Assembly: GCA_965242725.1 (NCBI GenBank)
Contig: CBDESZ010000006.1
Coordinates: 64,001-128,000 of the forward strand
Reading direction: 5' to 3'
DNA from: Alkalispirochaeta sp.
GTDB taxonomy: Bacteria > Spirochaetota > Spirochaetia > DSM-27196 > Alkalispirochaetaceae
DNA length: 64,000 bases
How positions within the stretch are numbered: the first letter of the stretch is position 1; each line of letters begins with the position of its first letter. The notes under the pieces are model-generated. The model was not told the DNA's origin, did not search any database, and saw only the letters and a program-made list of their open reading frames with translations. A program made the translations under genes and the position numbers. Shown one piece after another: positions 40,868-52,751 of the stretch.

Positions 40868-42079
40868 ATGGCGGGGAGACGCGTGAAAACGAATCAGCAC
40901 GAGGTCCGAGTGGCCAACACCAGAAAGATACTCGATCTCCTGCGCCAACAACCGGCTCTCACCGTGCGGGAGTTGTCGACGGAGACGCGGCTCAGCCGAC
41001 CGACGGTGGCCAAGATTCTCGCGCTCCTCACCGGGGCAGGGGTCGTCAGCGATCGGGAGACGGGAGAGTCGACCCTCGAGGGCGGCAAGCCTCCGCGACT
41101 CTTCTCCCTCAACGCCGAGGGAGGGCACCTCATCGGAATCCACTACTCGGGCAACCACTTCTTCGGCAGCCTCGTCGATCTCCAGCTTCGTGTCATGACC
41201 TCCGTCGCCCAACCCGTGCCGGCGGAGATTCGGGCCAGCGAGCTCGTCGATCTGCTGGACCAGATGGTTCGGGGGCTGTTGGTCAGTTCCGATGTCACCG
41301 GGGGGCGCTGCCTCGGCATCGGGATCGGCACGCCCGGTGTCACCGACCTCGGGCTTGGCGAAGTGGTCTTCTCCCCGCACCATCCCGGCATCGGCGAGCA
41401 CCTCGCCCTGCGGGACCTCCTGGCGGAGCGTCTCGAGTACATCGCACCCGTCTTCGTCGACAATTCGATCCGGTTTCGCACGATCGCCGAGCAAACGATG
41501 GGCCACCTCCGGGGCGTGCGGGACGGAGCGGTGATCTACTGTGACGACGGCCTCATTTCGGGACTGCTCCTGGACGGGCAGATCCGGCGGGGCCCCAACA
41601 GTCTGGCCGGCTCGATCGGACACATGACGATCAACCCCGGCGATCCGGTACAGTGTGCCTGCGGCGGATACGGCTGCTGGGAGATGCAGGTTTCTCCGGA
41701 CCGGCTCGTCGCCGAGATGCGCGCCCGCCTCACACGGCGTTCCCCGAAGGATTCTCCCGGTGAGGAACTGACGGTTGCGACGGTACTCGATCGCGCCGAC
41801 GAGGGTGATCCCGACGCGGTAGAGCTCATCGAAGGCGTCGCCCACTGGTTTGCCGTGGGAATCCACAACATGATTCTCGCCTACGATCCCGAGACGATCG
41901 TCATCCAGGGGGTCTACGCAAGACCCGACAGCCACTTCTTTCGATCCCTGACGGCGCAGATTACCGACGTTTCTCTCGTTCGGGCACCCTTTCAGACCCG
42001 GGTGGTCTGTTCGTCCCTCGGAAAGGACGCCGCCAATATCGGCGCGGCGTCCTACTCCCTGTCCATGGCGCTGGCGTGA
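40868..42079 (+). CDS. ROK-family transcriptional regulator
   Basis: N-terminal HTH, GGKPP, GIGIGTPG, IGHM....CACG..GCWE. Confidence 0.9.
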   Translation: MAGRRVKTNQHEVRVANTRKILDLLRQQPALTVRELSTETRLSRPTVAKILALLTGAGVVSDRETGESTLEGGKPPRLFSLNAEGGHLIGIHYSGNHFFGSLVDLQLRVMTSVAQPVPAEIRASELVDLLDQMVRGLLVSSDVTGGRCLGIGIGTPGVTDLGLGEVVFSPHHPGIGEHLALRDLLAERLEYIAPVFVDNSIRFRTIAEQTMGHLRGVRDGAVIYCDDGLISGLLLDGQIRRGPNSLAGSIGHMTINPGDPVQCACGGYGCWEMQVSPDRLVAEMRARLTRRSPKDSPGEELTVATVLDRADEGDPDAVELIEGVAHWFAVGIHNMILAYDPETIVIQGVYARPDSHFFRSLTAQITDVSLVRAPFQTRVVCSSLGKDAANIGAASYSLSMALA

Positions 42080-42096
42080 CGAGGGGTGCCCATTGT

Positions 42097-42243
42097 GCCA
42101 CGTCGCCGGGCGCGCGGATTGATGGACTGGTGGCCGATCATGGCGAGACGGTCGTCGCTACGCCGCCGGGCGCGTGGGTTTATGGACTGGTGGCCGATCA
42201 TGGCGAGACGGTCGTCGCCACGTCGCGGGGCGTGTGGATTGAT
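42097..42243. repeat. 60-bp tandem repeat, about 2.5 copies
   Basis: Units start at 42097, 42157, 42217; core ATGGACTGGTGGCCGATCATGGCGAGACGGTCGTCGC. Confidence 0.85.
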
Positions 42244-42256
42244 CGGGTACCCGCGG

Positions 42257-42628
42257 TCAGTACAGCCGGCCACCCTCGGGCACCGGCGCATCCGGCGCGA
42301 TGAGAACGACGGCACCCGTCTCATCGGGAACCCCGAGGGTCAGACACTCCGACTTGAAGCCGGCGACGCGCTTGGGCGGCAAATTGGTGACCGCCAGGAC
42401 CTGACGGCCCGCGAGCTCGTCGGGGGTGTAGCGATCGGTGAGCTGCGCGCTCGACCAGCGGACGTCACCGCCGCCGAAGTCGATGCGCAGTTTGATCGCC
42501 GGAACCCGCGCTTCCGGGAAGGGGATCGCTTCCCGGACGGTGCCCACCCGGATCTCTACCTGACCGAATGCGTCCCACACGGAGGGAGCCGGTGATTCCC
42601 CGTCGATGGCAGGCGTCGCCCCGGTCAT
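42257..42628 (-). CDS. csaA: tRNA-binding protein / export chaperone
   Basis: EIRVGTV, SSAQLT, NLPPKRVAGFKSECLTLG; start uncertain. Confidence 0.85.
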   Translation of the reverse strand: MTGATPAIDGESPAPSVWDAFGQVEIRVGTVREAIPFPEARVPAIKLRIDFGGGDVRWSSAQLTDRYTPDELAGRQVLAVTNLPPKRVAGFKSECLTLGVPDETGAVVLIAPDAPVPEGGRLY

Positions 42629-42677
42629 CCCGGCGTGGCGCGGATCGCCACCCCTCGGGTTCGACGTACCCATCCGA

Positions 42678-43814
<1,137 letters not shown>

Positions 43815-43879
43815 TTACGGGAAGACCGCCCGGACCGACGGGTCCCCGTCACGGAAGTCCTCGCGCGGGAAGTCCGTCC

Positions 43880-44563
43880 TCAGGGGAAGACCGTCCGGAG
43901 CTCCATCAGGACCACCTCCTCACTGCGATACCCTCCCCAGATCGTGAGGACGCTCTCTTCCGGCGTCTCGCCGGAGATGTAGTAGCCCTTGAGAAGGCCG
44001 AGGTTGTCCAGGAGCATGTCCTCAAACTCGTTGTAGCTGCCGGCGCGACGGTTTCGGACGATTGAGTCACCCGTCAGGGTTCCTTCCTCGAAAGTGAGGC
44101 TCTCCCGGGGCGAGGCGGTGTCGATGCGAAAGGTGTAGGAGCCCTCGATGGTGTTCTGCGGACCACGGACGTGGATCGGACCGCTCCCGCTCGTGTTGCC
44201 GGGGTCGTGGGTCGCGCTCGGGCGGAGTTCGATCCAGACGTCCCGGGTCGGGGGAACGAGTCGGCGCATATCTCCGTAGAGGCGGACGAGCTCCCACCGC
44301 GTCTCCACCAGGGGCGCGTGACCGAGGGGCGCCGGCTCCTCCGGTTGCGGCAGGGGTTCCGCCGGCAGCTCCGGCGGGATCGGCTCCGGTGGAGGTGCGG
44401 GAAGGGCAATCGGGGGCGCGACCGGGGGCGCGGGTATCCCAAAGGGGAGGGGCTCCGGGTCGCCGGCACAACCGGCGAGGAGGATCATCGCACCGATCAC
44501 GATCGCTCCCGCCAGAGTGCTCCGGGCACCGGGGGGCATCCGGCGCGAACTGCGTCTCTTCAT
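43880..44563 (-). CDS. Pro-rich lipoprotein, possibly META domain
   Basis: Lipobox LAGC, Pro linker, LVETRWELV. Confidence 0.6.
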   Translation of the reverse strand: MKRRSSRRMPPGARSTLAGAIVIGAMILLAGCAGDPEPLPFGIPAPPVAPPIALPAPPPEPIPPELPAEPLPQPEEPAPLGHAPLVETRWELVRLYGDMRRLVPPTRDVWIELRPSATHDPGNTSGSGPIHVRGPQNTIEGSYTFRIDTASPRESLTFEEGTLTGDSIVRNRRAGSYNEFEDMLLDNLGLLKGYYISGETPEESVLTIWGGYRSEEVVLMELRTVFP

Positions 44564-44642
44564 GGTGTCAGTATCGGCTGCGGGGGGACGCGTCCTGACA
44601 CGCGGCGCCGTATCCGGCTACACTCGGCGCCAGGAGGTGTAG

Positions 44643-44912
44643 ATGCGCGCTGTGTGCACCGTCGTAGGATACGACAAACCGGGGATCATCGCGGCGGTGA
44701 GTACCGCGTTCGCCGAACGGTCCGTCAACATTCTCGATATCAGCCAGACGATCATGCAGGGGTTCTTCACGATGATCACGCTGGTCGACCTCGCGGGGAT
44801 GTCGATTTCCCTGGACGAACTTCGTCAGGACCTCGCCGAGCTCGGCGAACGCATCCAGGTGCAGATAACCCTGCAACACGAGGACGTCTACACTGCGATG
44901 CACCGGGTGTGA
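44643..44912 (+). CDS. ACT domain protein (UPF0237-like)
   Basis: TVVGYDKPGII, NILDISQT, MHRV. Confidence 0.88.
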   Translation: MRAVCTVVGYDKPGIIAAVSTAFAERSVNILDISQTIMQGFFTMITLVDLAGMSISLDELRQDLAELGERIQVQITLQHEDVYTAMHRV

Positions 44913-44927
44913 GCGGGGAGTGAGCCG

Positions 44928-46340
44928 ATGTTTCTGACACCGACCGAGATCGAAGAGACGTTGCGCATGTTTGCCCAGGAAAACCTGGACGTGCGAACGA
45001 TCACGATGGGAATCAATCTTCTCGACTGCATCGACAGTGATCCGCGCCGCGCCGCCGGACGGATCTACGAGAAGATCACCCGCGTCGCCTCCCGGCTCAC
45101 CACAGTGGGAGACCAGATCGAGGCTGAGCTCGGGGTACCGATCATCAACAAGCGGATCGCCGTCACGCCGATCGCGATGATCGTCGGGGCGAGTATGGCC
45201 GCCGGCGGACGCGCGTCAGGCGCCCGGGGCGCGGGATCCGCCGGGACCGGGGATGGACCTCTCTATTTCGCCGAGACGCTGGAGCGCGCAGCCCAGGAGG
45301 TTGGCGTCGATTTTCTCGGCGGCTTTTCCGCCCTTGTGCACCGGGGGATCACCCCCGCCGAGGAGCGGGTGATCCGCGCCATCCCGGCGGCGCTCGCCGC
45401 CACCGAGAAGGTGTGCGCCTCCCTCAACGTAGCCACCTCTCGGGGCGGGATCAATATGGACGCGGTCCAGCTTGCTGCGGCGGCGATCAAGGAGTCGGCC
45501 GACCGCACCCGCGACCGCGGTGGATTCGGGGCGAGCCGTCTCGTCATTTTTGCCAACGCGCCGGAGGACAATCCCTTCATGGCGGGCGCCTTCCACGGAC
45601 CCGGCAACCCTGACACGGTGGTACACGTCGGCGTCAGCGGCCCTGGAGTCGTGCAGAGCGCCATTCGCCAGTACCCCGACGCGCCCCTCGACGTTCTCGC
45701 CGAGGTGATCAAGAAGACCTCCTTCAAAATCACCCGTCTCGGTCAGCTCGTCCTCGACCTCGCCGCCGAGCGCCTCGGGGTGGAGCGGGGAATCGTCGAC
45801 CTCTCCCTCGCTCCGACCCCCGCCGTCGGTGACAGCGTCGCCCGCATCCTCGAGGAGATGGGCCTCGAGATGGCCGGCGCTCCCGGCTCGACTGCGGCGT
45901 TGGCGCTCCTCAACAACGCCGTCAAGAAGGGCGGCCTGATGGCGAGCTCCCGCGTCGGCGGCCTGAGCGGCAGCTTCCTTCCGGTGAGCGAGGACGAGGC
46001 GATGGCGCGCGCGGCGGAGTGTGGCGTTCTCACCCTCGAGAAGCTCGAGGCGATGACGGCGATCTGCTCGGTCGGACTCGACATGATCGCCGTGCCCGGG
46101 GACACCTCGGTGGATACCCTCTCGGGGATCATCGCCGACGAGATGGCGATCGGCGTGATGAACCACAAGACGACGGCGGTCCGCATCATTCCCGTTCCGG
46201 GCAAAGGGCCCGGCGAGTGGGTCGAGTTTGGCGGCCTCCTCGGGCGGGCACCGATCATGCGCGTCAACGGCGCCTCCTGCACCGGGTTTGTGCGCCGGGG
46301 TGGCCTGATCCCCGCGCCGGTCACCGGATATCGCAACTGA
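44928..46340 (+). CDS. UPF0210/DUF711-family protein
   Basis: [34 protein letters not shown]. Confidence 0.88.
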   Translation: MFLTPTEIEETLRMFAQENLDVRTITMGINLLDCIDSDPRRAAGRIYEKITRVASRLTTVGDQIEAELGVPIINKRIAVTPIAMIVGASMAAGGRASGARGAGSAGTGDGPLYFAETLERAAQEVGVDFLGGFSALVHRGITPAEERVIRAIPAALAATEKVCASLNVATSRGGINMDAVQLAAAAIKESADRTRDRGGFGASRLVIFANAPEDNPFMAGAFHGPGNPDTVVHVGVSGPGVVQSAIRQYPDAPLDVLAEVIKKTSFKITRLGQLVLDLAAERLGVERGIVDLSLAPTPAVGDSVARILEEMGLEMAGAPGSTAALALLNNAVKKGGLMASSRVGGLSGSFLPVSEDEAMARAAECGVLTLEKLEAMTAICSVGLDMIAVPGDTSVDTLSGIIADEMAIGVMNHKTTAVRIIPVPGKGPGEWVEFGGLLGRAPIMRVNGASCTGFVRRGGLIPAPVTGYRN

Positions 46341-46354
46341 GAAAGGACCCGACC

Positions 46355-47083
46355 ATGCCACAACGGAAGTACCGACACGTTCTGCTCGACGCGGACAACA
46401 CGATTCTCGACTTTGCCGTCTGCGAACGCCGCATTCTCGAGACGATGGCCCGGGAGTTCGGGTTTATGCCGCGCACCCGCAGCGGTGAGGACCTGACCGC
46501 CGCGTATCGCCGGATCAACGCCTCCCTCTGGCGCGACCTCGAAGAGGGATCGATCGGCCCGGAGGAGCTCAAGATCGAGCGGTTTCGGCGGCTCATCGAG
46601 CACCTCGATTTCACGGCGATCTCCCGGCCGCTGGAGCCGGAATTCCTCAATATGCAGTTCATCATGCGCCTGACGGGGTGCGCCGAGCTCGTCCCGACGG
46701 CGAAAGCAGTGGTCCCCTCGATCGCGCCGGTATCGATCATCACCAACGGCTTTGCCGACGTGCAGCGGCCGCGCCTCGCCGCAAGCGGGCTCGCAGAGTA
46801 CATCGACCACACCTTCATCTCCGAGGAGATCGGTGCCGCGAAGCCCCAGGCGGCGTATTTCGACCACGTTCTGACCGCTCTCGGCAACCCCGATCCGCGG
46901 GAGTGCGTTGTCGTGGGTGACTCTCTCTCCTCCGACATCGCCGGCGGCATCGCTGCGGGAATGGACACGGTCTGGTTTGATCGCAGCGAGATGCTCGGAG
47001 AGAAGCGGGTCACTCCTTCACCCGACCGCACACCGACCCACCGAATCACGCGATTGGTCCAATTGCGCGATATTATCTGGTGA
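46355..47083 (+). CDS. YjjG-like HAD nucleotidase
   Basis: DADNTILDF, ITNG, AKP, GDSLSSDI.GG. Confidence 0.85.
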   Translation: MPQRKYRHVLLDADNTILDFAVCERRILETMAREFGFMPRTRSGEDLTAAYRRINASLWRDLEEGSIGPEELKIERFRRLIEHLDFTAISRPLEPEFLNMQFIMRLTGCAELVPTAKAVVPSIAPVSIITNGFADVQRPRLAASGLAEYIDHTFISEEIGAAKPQAAYFDHVLTALGNPDPRECVVVGDSLSSDIAGGIAAGMDTVWFDRSEMLGEKRVTPSPDRTPTHRITRLVQLRDIIW

Positions 47084-47116
47084 AGAGAGTCGCCGCGGCC
47101 GGCCATCGCGCGCCGG

Positions 47117-47220
47117 GGCGACTCAAGCCGGGTCGCCGTCGGAGGCACGTGCACACCGAGGCGACTCAAGCCGGGTAGTTGACGGCCATTGCCCGGCCGG
47201 GCGGCTCAAGCCGGGGAGCC
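47117..47220. repeat. three REP-like 21-bp units
   Basis: GGCG(A/G)CTCAAGCCGGG at 47117, 47160, 47200. Confidence 0.7.
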
Positions 47221-47252
47221 GGCGGCCGATATAGGAAGTCAAGGAGATAGCT

Positions 47253-48020
47253 GTGCGCACGTTGACCCTCCTCTTTCTGATCGTACTCGTGCCGGCGGCG
47301 CTGATCGCTCAGGCGCCGTCATCGGATGCGGTCGAGACGGGGGAGATCCCGGAAGAGTTTGAGGAGATGGTCCGGGACCTCGTCGATCGCTACGAGGAAC
47401 TGCGGCTGCTCCTGCGAGAGGAAATGGCGAAGAACGCCAACCTCTACAGCCAGGCCGAGATCGACGCGGCGGTCTCCGAGGTGGAAGATCGCCTCGGCGC
47501 CGAACTCGCGGCGGCAAACGAGCGGATTGATCTCCTCGAGGCGCAGCGCGACGCGCTCGCCGGCGCTCTTCGTCTCGCCGAAGCGGAGTTTATGATGCAC
47601 CAGGGCGGCGGCTCCCAGACCGCGTCGGAGCTCGCCGCGGAAGTCGCCTCCCTCGAGGAGACAATCGCCTCGATCGAGGAGGAGTCCCTCTTTCAGGTCG
47701 GTGCGACCTTCTCCCCCGCGGGCACCCTCGGCGCCATCGGTATCGTCAATCTACCCCAGACAAACGTGAGTCTCCTCGCCGGTACCAACTACTTCCTGCG
47801 GGACAAGGAGTTCAACCTGATGCTCGGCGTGACCTTGAGCTTCCTGCCGGCGCGGGAGATCTCCGACCGGTTTGCCCGGCGGGGCGAAAGAGATTCCGAC
47901 GAGCCGTCCGACGGCGGTCGATCGGCGGATAACGGCGCGGACGATCTGCCCGCCGAGTCGGCCGATGCGGCCTCCAACGCGCCCGAAAGCTCGGACGAAT
48001 CGCCGGCTGAAGCGGAGTAG
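47253..48020 (+). CDS. exported coiled-coil hypothetical protein
   Basis: AGGAG RBS, signal peptide, helical repeats, acidic tail. Confidence 0.65.
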   Translation: MRTLTLLFLIVLVPAALIAQAPSSDAVETGEIPEEFEEMVRDLVDRYEELRLLLREEMAKNANLYSQAEIDAAVSEVEDRLGAELAAANERIDLLEAQRDALAGALRLAEAEFMMHQGGGSQTASELAAEVASLEETIASIEEESLFQVGATFSPAGTLGAIGIVNLPQTNVSLLAGTNYFLRDKEFNLMLGVTLSFLPAREISDRFARRGERDSDEPSDGGRSADNGADDLPAESADAASNAPESSDESPAEAE

Positions 48021-48101
48021 CGCGCGCCACTTCGGGCGTGCAAACGTTCCCCCTGCTGTGGTACAATGCCGCCACAATCAGCGATGGGAGGAACAATTCG
48101 C

Positions 48102-50072
48102 ATGGATAACAAGGCCGTTGAAGCCGTAGCACTCTCGGTACGTACCCTGACAATCGACGCCGTACAGGCGGCAAACTCCGGACACCCCGGCATGCCGATG
48201 GGCATGGCCGAGCTCGGCGCACTCCTCTACGGGGAGGTTCTCAAGCACGACCCCGCCGACCCGAAATGGCCCGACCGCGACCGTTTCGTGCTCTCCGCCG
48301 GCCACGGTTCGATGTTTCTCTACAGCCTGCTCCACCTCTCCGGCTACAATCTCCCGCTGGACGAGCTCAAGCGCTTTCGTCAGGTCGGGAGCATCACCCC
48401 GGGGCACCCCGAGTACGGGATGACCGACGGTATCGAGACGACCACCGGACCCCTCGGACAGGGACTCGCCAACGCCGTCGGTATGGCAATCGCCGAACGG
48501 ATGCTCGCCGCGCGGTTCAACACCGCCGACCACACGATCGTTGACCACTATACCTACGCCATCTCCGGCGACGGCTGTCTCATGGAGGGCATCACCTCCG
48601 AGGCGAGCTCCCTCGCGGGCCACCTCGGCCTGGGCAAGCTGATCGTCTTCTACGACAACAACAGCATCTCCATCGAAGGTTCCACCGAGCTCGCCTTTAC
48701 CGAAGACGTGGCGGCGCGCTATCGCGCCTACGGCTGGCAGGTACTCGAGGGCGACGCCTACGACCCCGACGGTATCCGCAAGATGGTGGCGGAAGCGAAG
48801 AAGGACGCGTCGCGACCGGCGATCATCATGCTCAAATCGGTGATCGGCCAGGGATCGCCCAACAAGAAGGGAACTCACGACGTTCACGGAGCGGCCCTCG
48901 GGGACGACGAGGTCGCCCTCACCAAGAAGCAGCTCGGCGTCGATCCCGCAGAGATGTTTTACATCGCTCCCGCCGCGACGGAGTTCTTTGCGGCGTACCG
49001 CGCGGAGCTTGCCGGGAAGCACGCGGCGTGGAAGAAGACTTTCGACGCCTGGGGCGCCGCCAATCCGGGGCTCCTCGCCCAGTGGAAAGAGGCGGTCGAG
49101 GGCGGTTACAAGGCGGTTCTCAAGGACATCGGGATGCCCACCTACAAAGTGGGTGACAAGGTCCCGACGCGCAAGGCGAGCGGTTCGGCGCTGCAGGCGG
49201 CGGCCCGGATGCTTCCCAACCTCGTCGGCGGCTCCGCGGACCTCGCTCCCTCCAACAACACGGCGATGCCCGAATACGGCGACTTCACGAAGGCCGACCC
49301 GAGCGGTCGCACCCTCCATTTCGGCGTGCGCGAGCTCGGCATGGCGGCGATCGGCAACGGCATGGCCCTCCACGGCGGTCTCCGGCCCTTCGTGGCGACC
49401 TTTCTCGTTTTTACCGACTACCTGCGCCCGGCGCTGCGCCTCTCGGCGCTGATGCAGATTCCGCTGATCTACGTGATGACCCATGACTCGATCTTCGTCG
49501 GTGAAGACGGACCGACCCACCAGCCGATTGAACACGTCGCCGTCCTGCGGGCGATCCCCGGAGCGCGGGTGCTGCGTCCCGCCGACGCGGAGGAAACCAA
49601 CGAGGCGTGGCTCATGGCCCTCGAGCACGACGGCCCCACGGTACTCGCCCTCACACGGCAGGGACTCCCGGTCCTCGAGAAGGCCGACGCCGACTGGAAA
49701 GAATCGATGCGCCGCGGCGCCTACGTCGTCAGTGACGTTGCCTCCCCGGAGGTTGTCGTCGTTGCGACGGGGAGTGAAGTCTCCCTCGCCCAGGAAGCGG
49801 TCGCCAGGAGCGGCCGGAAGGCGCGGATCGTCTCGATGCCGAGCCGGGAGCTCTTTGAGGCGCAGGACGCGGCGTGGCGGGAGAAGATCCTGCCGGCGGG
49901 AGTTCCCGCCGTCGTCGCCGAGGCGGGTATCCGCCAGGGCTGGGAAGGTATCGCTCCCCGGGAGCGGATCCTCTCGATCGATCGCTTCGGCGAGAGTGGC
50001 CCCGGCGATGCCGTCGCACAGCACCTCGGCTTTACCGCCGACGCCCTCGCGGCGCTGATCAAGAACGCCTGA
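48102..50072 (+). CDS. tkt: transketolase
   Basis: [33 protein letters not shown]. Confidence 0.97.
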   Translation: MDNKAVEAVALSVRTLTIDAVQAANSGHPGMPMGMAELGALLYGEVLKHDPADPKWPDRDRFVLSAGHGSMFLYSLLHLSGYNLPLDELKRFRQVGSITPGHPEYGMTDGIETTTGPLGQGLANAVGMAIAERMLAARFNTADHTIVDHYTYAISGDGCLMEGITSEASSLAGHLGLGKLIVFYDNNSISIEGSTELAFTEDVAARYRAYGWQVLEGDAYDPDGIRKMVAEAKKDASRPAIIMLKSVIGQGSPNKKGTHDVHGAALGDDEVALTKKQLGVDPAEMFYIAPAATEFFAAYRAELAGKHAAWKKTFDAWGAANPGLLAQWKEAVEGGYKAVLKDIGMPTYKVGDKVPTRKASGSALQAAARMLPNLVGGSADLAPSNNTAMPEYGDFTKADPSGRTLHFGVRELGMAAIGNGMALHGGLRPFVATFLVFTDYLRPALRLSALMQIPLIYVMTHDSIFVGEDGPTHQPIEHVAVLRAIPGARVLRPADAEETNEAWLMALEHDGPTVLALTRQGLPVLEKADADWKESMRRGAYVVSDVASPEVVVVATGSEVSLAQEAVARSGRKARIVSMPSRELFEAQDAAWREKILPAGVPAVVAEAGIRQGWEGIAPRERILSIDRFGESGPGDAVAQHLGFTADALAALIKNA

Positions 50073-50085
50073 CCGGAGGAACCCT

Positions 50086-51630
50086 ATGGCACGCTACGCC
50101 CTTGGCTACGATGTGGGGAGCTCGTCGATCAAGGCGAGCCTCGTCGATCTCGATTCGGGAAAACGGGTCGCGTCGGCGGGGGCTCCCGAGACGGAAATGC
50201 CGATCAGTGCACCCCGGCCTGACTGGGCGGAGCAGGACCCGGCGATGTGGTGGCGCTACGTCGTCGAGGCGACGCGGAAGCTGGGGCAGGCGGCGGACCT
50301 GAGTGGCGTCGCCTCGATCGGCATCTCCTACCAGATGCACGGGCTCGTTGCCATCGATCGCGACGGCGAGCCCCTGCGCCCCTCGATCATCTGGTGCGAC
50401 AGCCGCGCCGTCTCGTACGGTGAAGAGGCGTTCAACACCCTCGGCGGTGCTGCGAAGGTGCTGCCGCGGCTTCTCAACTCCCCGGGCAACTTTACCGCCG
50501 CCAAACTGGCGTGGGTCAAGGCCAACGAGCCGGACGTCTACGGCCGCATCTGGAAGATCATGCTCCCCGGAGACTACATCGGGTACTGCCTCACCGGCGA
50601 CGTTGTGACGACCGCGGGGGGGCTCTCGGAGGGCATCTTCTGGGATTTTCAGCAGGACGAACCTGCCGGTTTCTTGATGGACCATTTCGGGTTTGACCGT
50701 GAGCTCATACCCCCGGTGATGGAGGGGTTTGGCGACCACGGCCGGGTGACCTCCGCCGTCGCGGCGGAGCTCGGCCTGCCCGCGGGGACCCCCGTCGCGT
50801 ACCGCGCCGGGGACCAACCCAACAACGCCCTCAGTCTCAACGTCCTCAACCCCGGTGAGGTCGCAGCGACGGCGGGCACCTCCGGCGTCATCTACGGCGT
50901 CGTGGACCGCCCGGCGTGGGACGAGAAGAGCCGGGTCAACACCTTCCTCCACGTCAACCACCGTGCCGACCAGTCCCGGTACGGGGTGCTCCAGGTGCTC
51001 AACGGCACGGGCATCCTCAACCGCTGGGTCCGGGAGGTGAGCCTCGATCCGGTAGCCGGCGGGGCCGCTGGGGCCGGAAGCGCGCCCGGCGGGGCGCCCG
51101 CCTCGTACGAGGCGCTCAACGCGCTCGCGGCGGAGGCGCCGATCGGGAGCGCCGGGCTGGTGATGCTCCCCTTCGGGAACGGCGCGGAGCGCATCCTCGA
51201 AAACGTCAACTACGGCGCGAGTATGCACGGCCTCAACTTCAACATCCACGGTCGGAGTCACCTGCTCCGCGCCGCCCAGGAGGGCATCGTCTTTGCCCTC
51301 GGGTTCGGCCTGGAGATCATGCGTGGAATCGGCCTCACCGTTGATACCGTCCGCGCCGGCCACGCCAACATGTTTCTCAGCCCCCTCTTCCGGCGTGCGT
51401 TCGCGACCGTCACCGGGGCGACAGTCGAGCTCTTCAACACCGACGGGAGCGAGGGTGCCGCGCGGGGTGGTGCCTACGGTGCAGGGCTCTTCTCAAGTCT
51501 CGAGGAAGCGTTCAGCGGCCTCGACCTCCGGGAGCGGATCGAGCCCGACCGGAGCGTCGCCGGGGAGTACGCCGAGGCGTTCCAGCAGTGGAAGGACCGC
51601 CTGGCTCGGGTGACCGCCGCCGGCGTGTGA
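50086..51630 (+). CDS. xylB: FGGY-family sugar kinase, probably xylulokinase
   Basis: GYDVGSSSIK, YQMHGLV, IIWCDSR, AGDQ. Confidence 0.8.
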   Translation: MARYALGYDVGSSSIKASLVDLDSGKRVASAGAPETEMPISAPRPDWAEQDPAMWWRYVVEATRKLGQAADLSGVASIGISYQMHGLVAIDRDGEPLRPSIIWCDSRAVSYGEEAFNTLGGAAKVLPRLLNSPGNFTAAKLAWVKANEPDVYGRIWKIMLPGDYIGYCLTGDVVTTAGGLSEGIFWDFQQDEPAGFLMDHFGFDRELIPPVMEGFGDHGRVTSAVAAELGLPAGTPVAYRAGDQPNNALSLNVLNPGEVAATAGTSGVIYGVVDRPAWDEKSRVNTFLHVNHRADQSRYGVLQVLNGTGILNRWVREVSLDPVAGGAAGAGSAPGGAPASYEALNALAAEAPIGSAGLVMLPFGNGAERILENVNYGASMHGLNFNIHGRSHLLRAAQEGIVFALGFGLEIMRGIGLTVDTVRAGHANMFLSPLFRRAFATVTGATVELFNTDGSEGAARGGAYGAGLFSSLEEAFSGLDLRERIEPDRSVAGEYAEAFQQWKDRLARVTAAGV

Positions 51631-51647
51631 CACGATAGCAACCCGCG

Positions 51648-52306
51648 ATGCTGATCGGCCCGGACTCTCCCCTTACCCTCCCGGCGCTCGCGCGAATCGC
51701 GGCGGTGCCGGAGGCGATCCATTTCAGCGCGGCGTCGCGGGAGCGCGTCGCCTCCGCGGCGGCGTTTCTCGAACGGCTCGTCGCCGATCGCCGCGTCGTC
51801 TACGGCATTACCACCGGCTTCGGGCCGCTGGCGGGGACGTGGATCGACCCGTCCCGGTCTGAGGAGCTGCAAACCTACCTGCTGGCTCATTTGCGGTCCG
51901 GGGTCGGGCCACCCCTGCCGCGCGAGGCGGTGCGGGCGATGATGGTGGCGCGCCTGGCGAGTCTCTCCCGGGGTCACTCGGGCATTCGGATGGAAACCCT
52001 GGAGCTTCTCGCCGCCATGGTCGAACGGGACGTTACGCCGGTTGTTCCGTCGATGGGGACCGTCGGTGCCAGCGGGGATCTCACGCCTCTCGCGCATATG
52101 GCAGCGACGCTGCAGGGGGAGGGAGAGGTTCTGGTCGAGGGTGTGGCACTTCCCGCCGGGGAGGGGCTTCGCCGTGTCGGGCTGGAGCCGGTCGTCTTTG
52201 GCCCGAAGGAGGCGATCGCCCTGGTCAACGGCACCTCGACCATGACCGCCATCGCCGCGCTCAACGGGGAGGCGGCGGAACGACAGCTCAACCTCGCCGT
52301 CGCCCT
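51648..52306 (+). pseudogene. aromatic amino acid (His/Tyr/Phe) ammonia-lyase, 3'-truncated by the element
   Basis: VYGITTGFG, MIO motif GASGDL, KEAIALVNGT; runs into element sequence at TACT 52307. Confidence 0.88.
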
Positions 52307-52640
52307 TACTTCTGAAATCAGTAGTTCATATTTAATATTATCTTCAATATAATTGATTGCCATATTCATTCTTTCAGACCATTCCATTATCATGCTTCCT
52401 TGTTATGCATAGTAATAAATTTTAATTCTATGATCTCACCTTTTTATGCGATGCGATGTGTGTTTATACATTTCCAAACTGGCACGGATGCCAGTTTGCC
52501 TATATATAATCCCTTCTCCCAAAAAAGGGCGGGGTAATTGCATCTAACGTCCTGCGAATAGCCGAAGTTACCAAGGCATTCACCTGTCAACAATGTCCTT
52601 AGCTTTCTGTAAACCATCTCCATGATCAGTACCTGTGTCC

Positions 52641-52739
52641 ACATAACGATGAGTTGAGTTGTTTGGCGTTAATCGGCGCGGTTGTTGCAGAAGCAAGAAC
52701 CGTGACGATAGCCAAATCAACTCGAACGTGGTGTTATGT
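52641..52739 (-). other. attC site (copy of 30857-30955)
   Basis: Same sequence at offset 21784. Confidence 0.85.
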
Positions 52740-52751
52740 GACTCAGGTTTT

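Noticed and set aside
48078..51363. Long antisense ORFs (648 aa, 434 aa) and similar ones elsewhere
   Set aside because: Shadow frames of GC-rich genes with no recognisable motifs.
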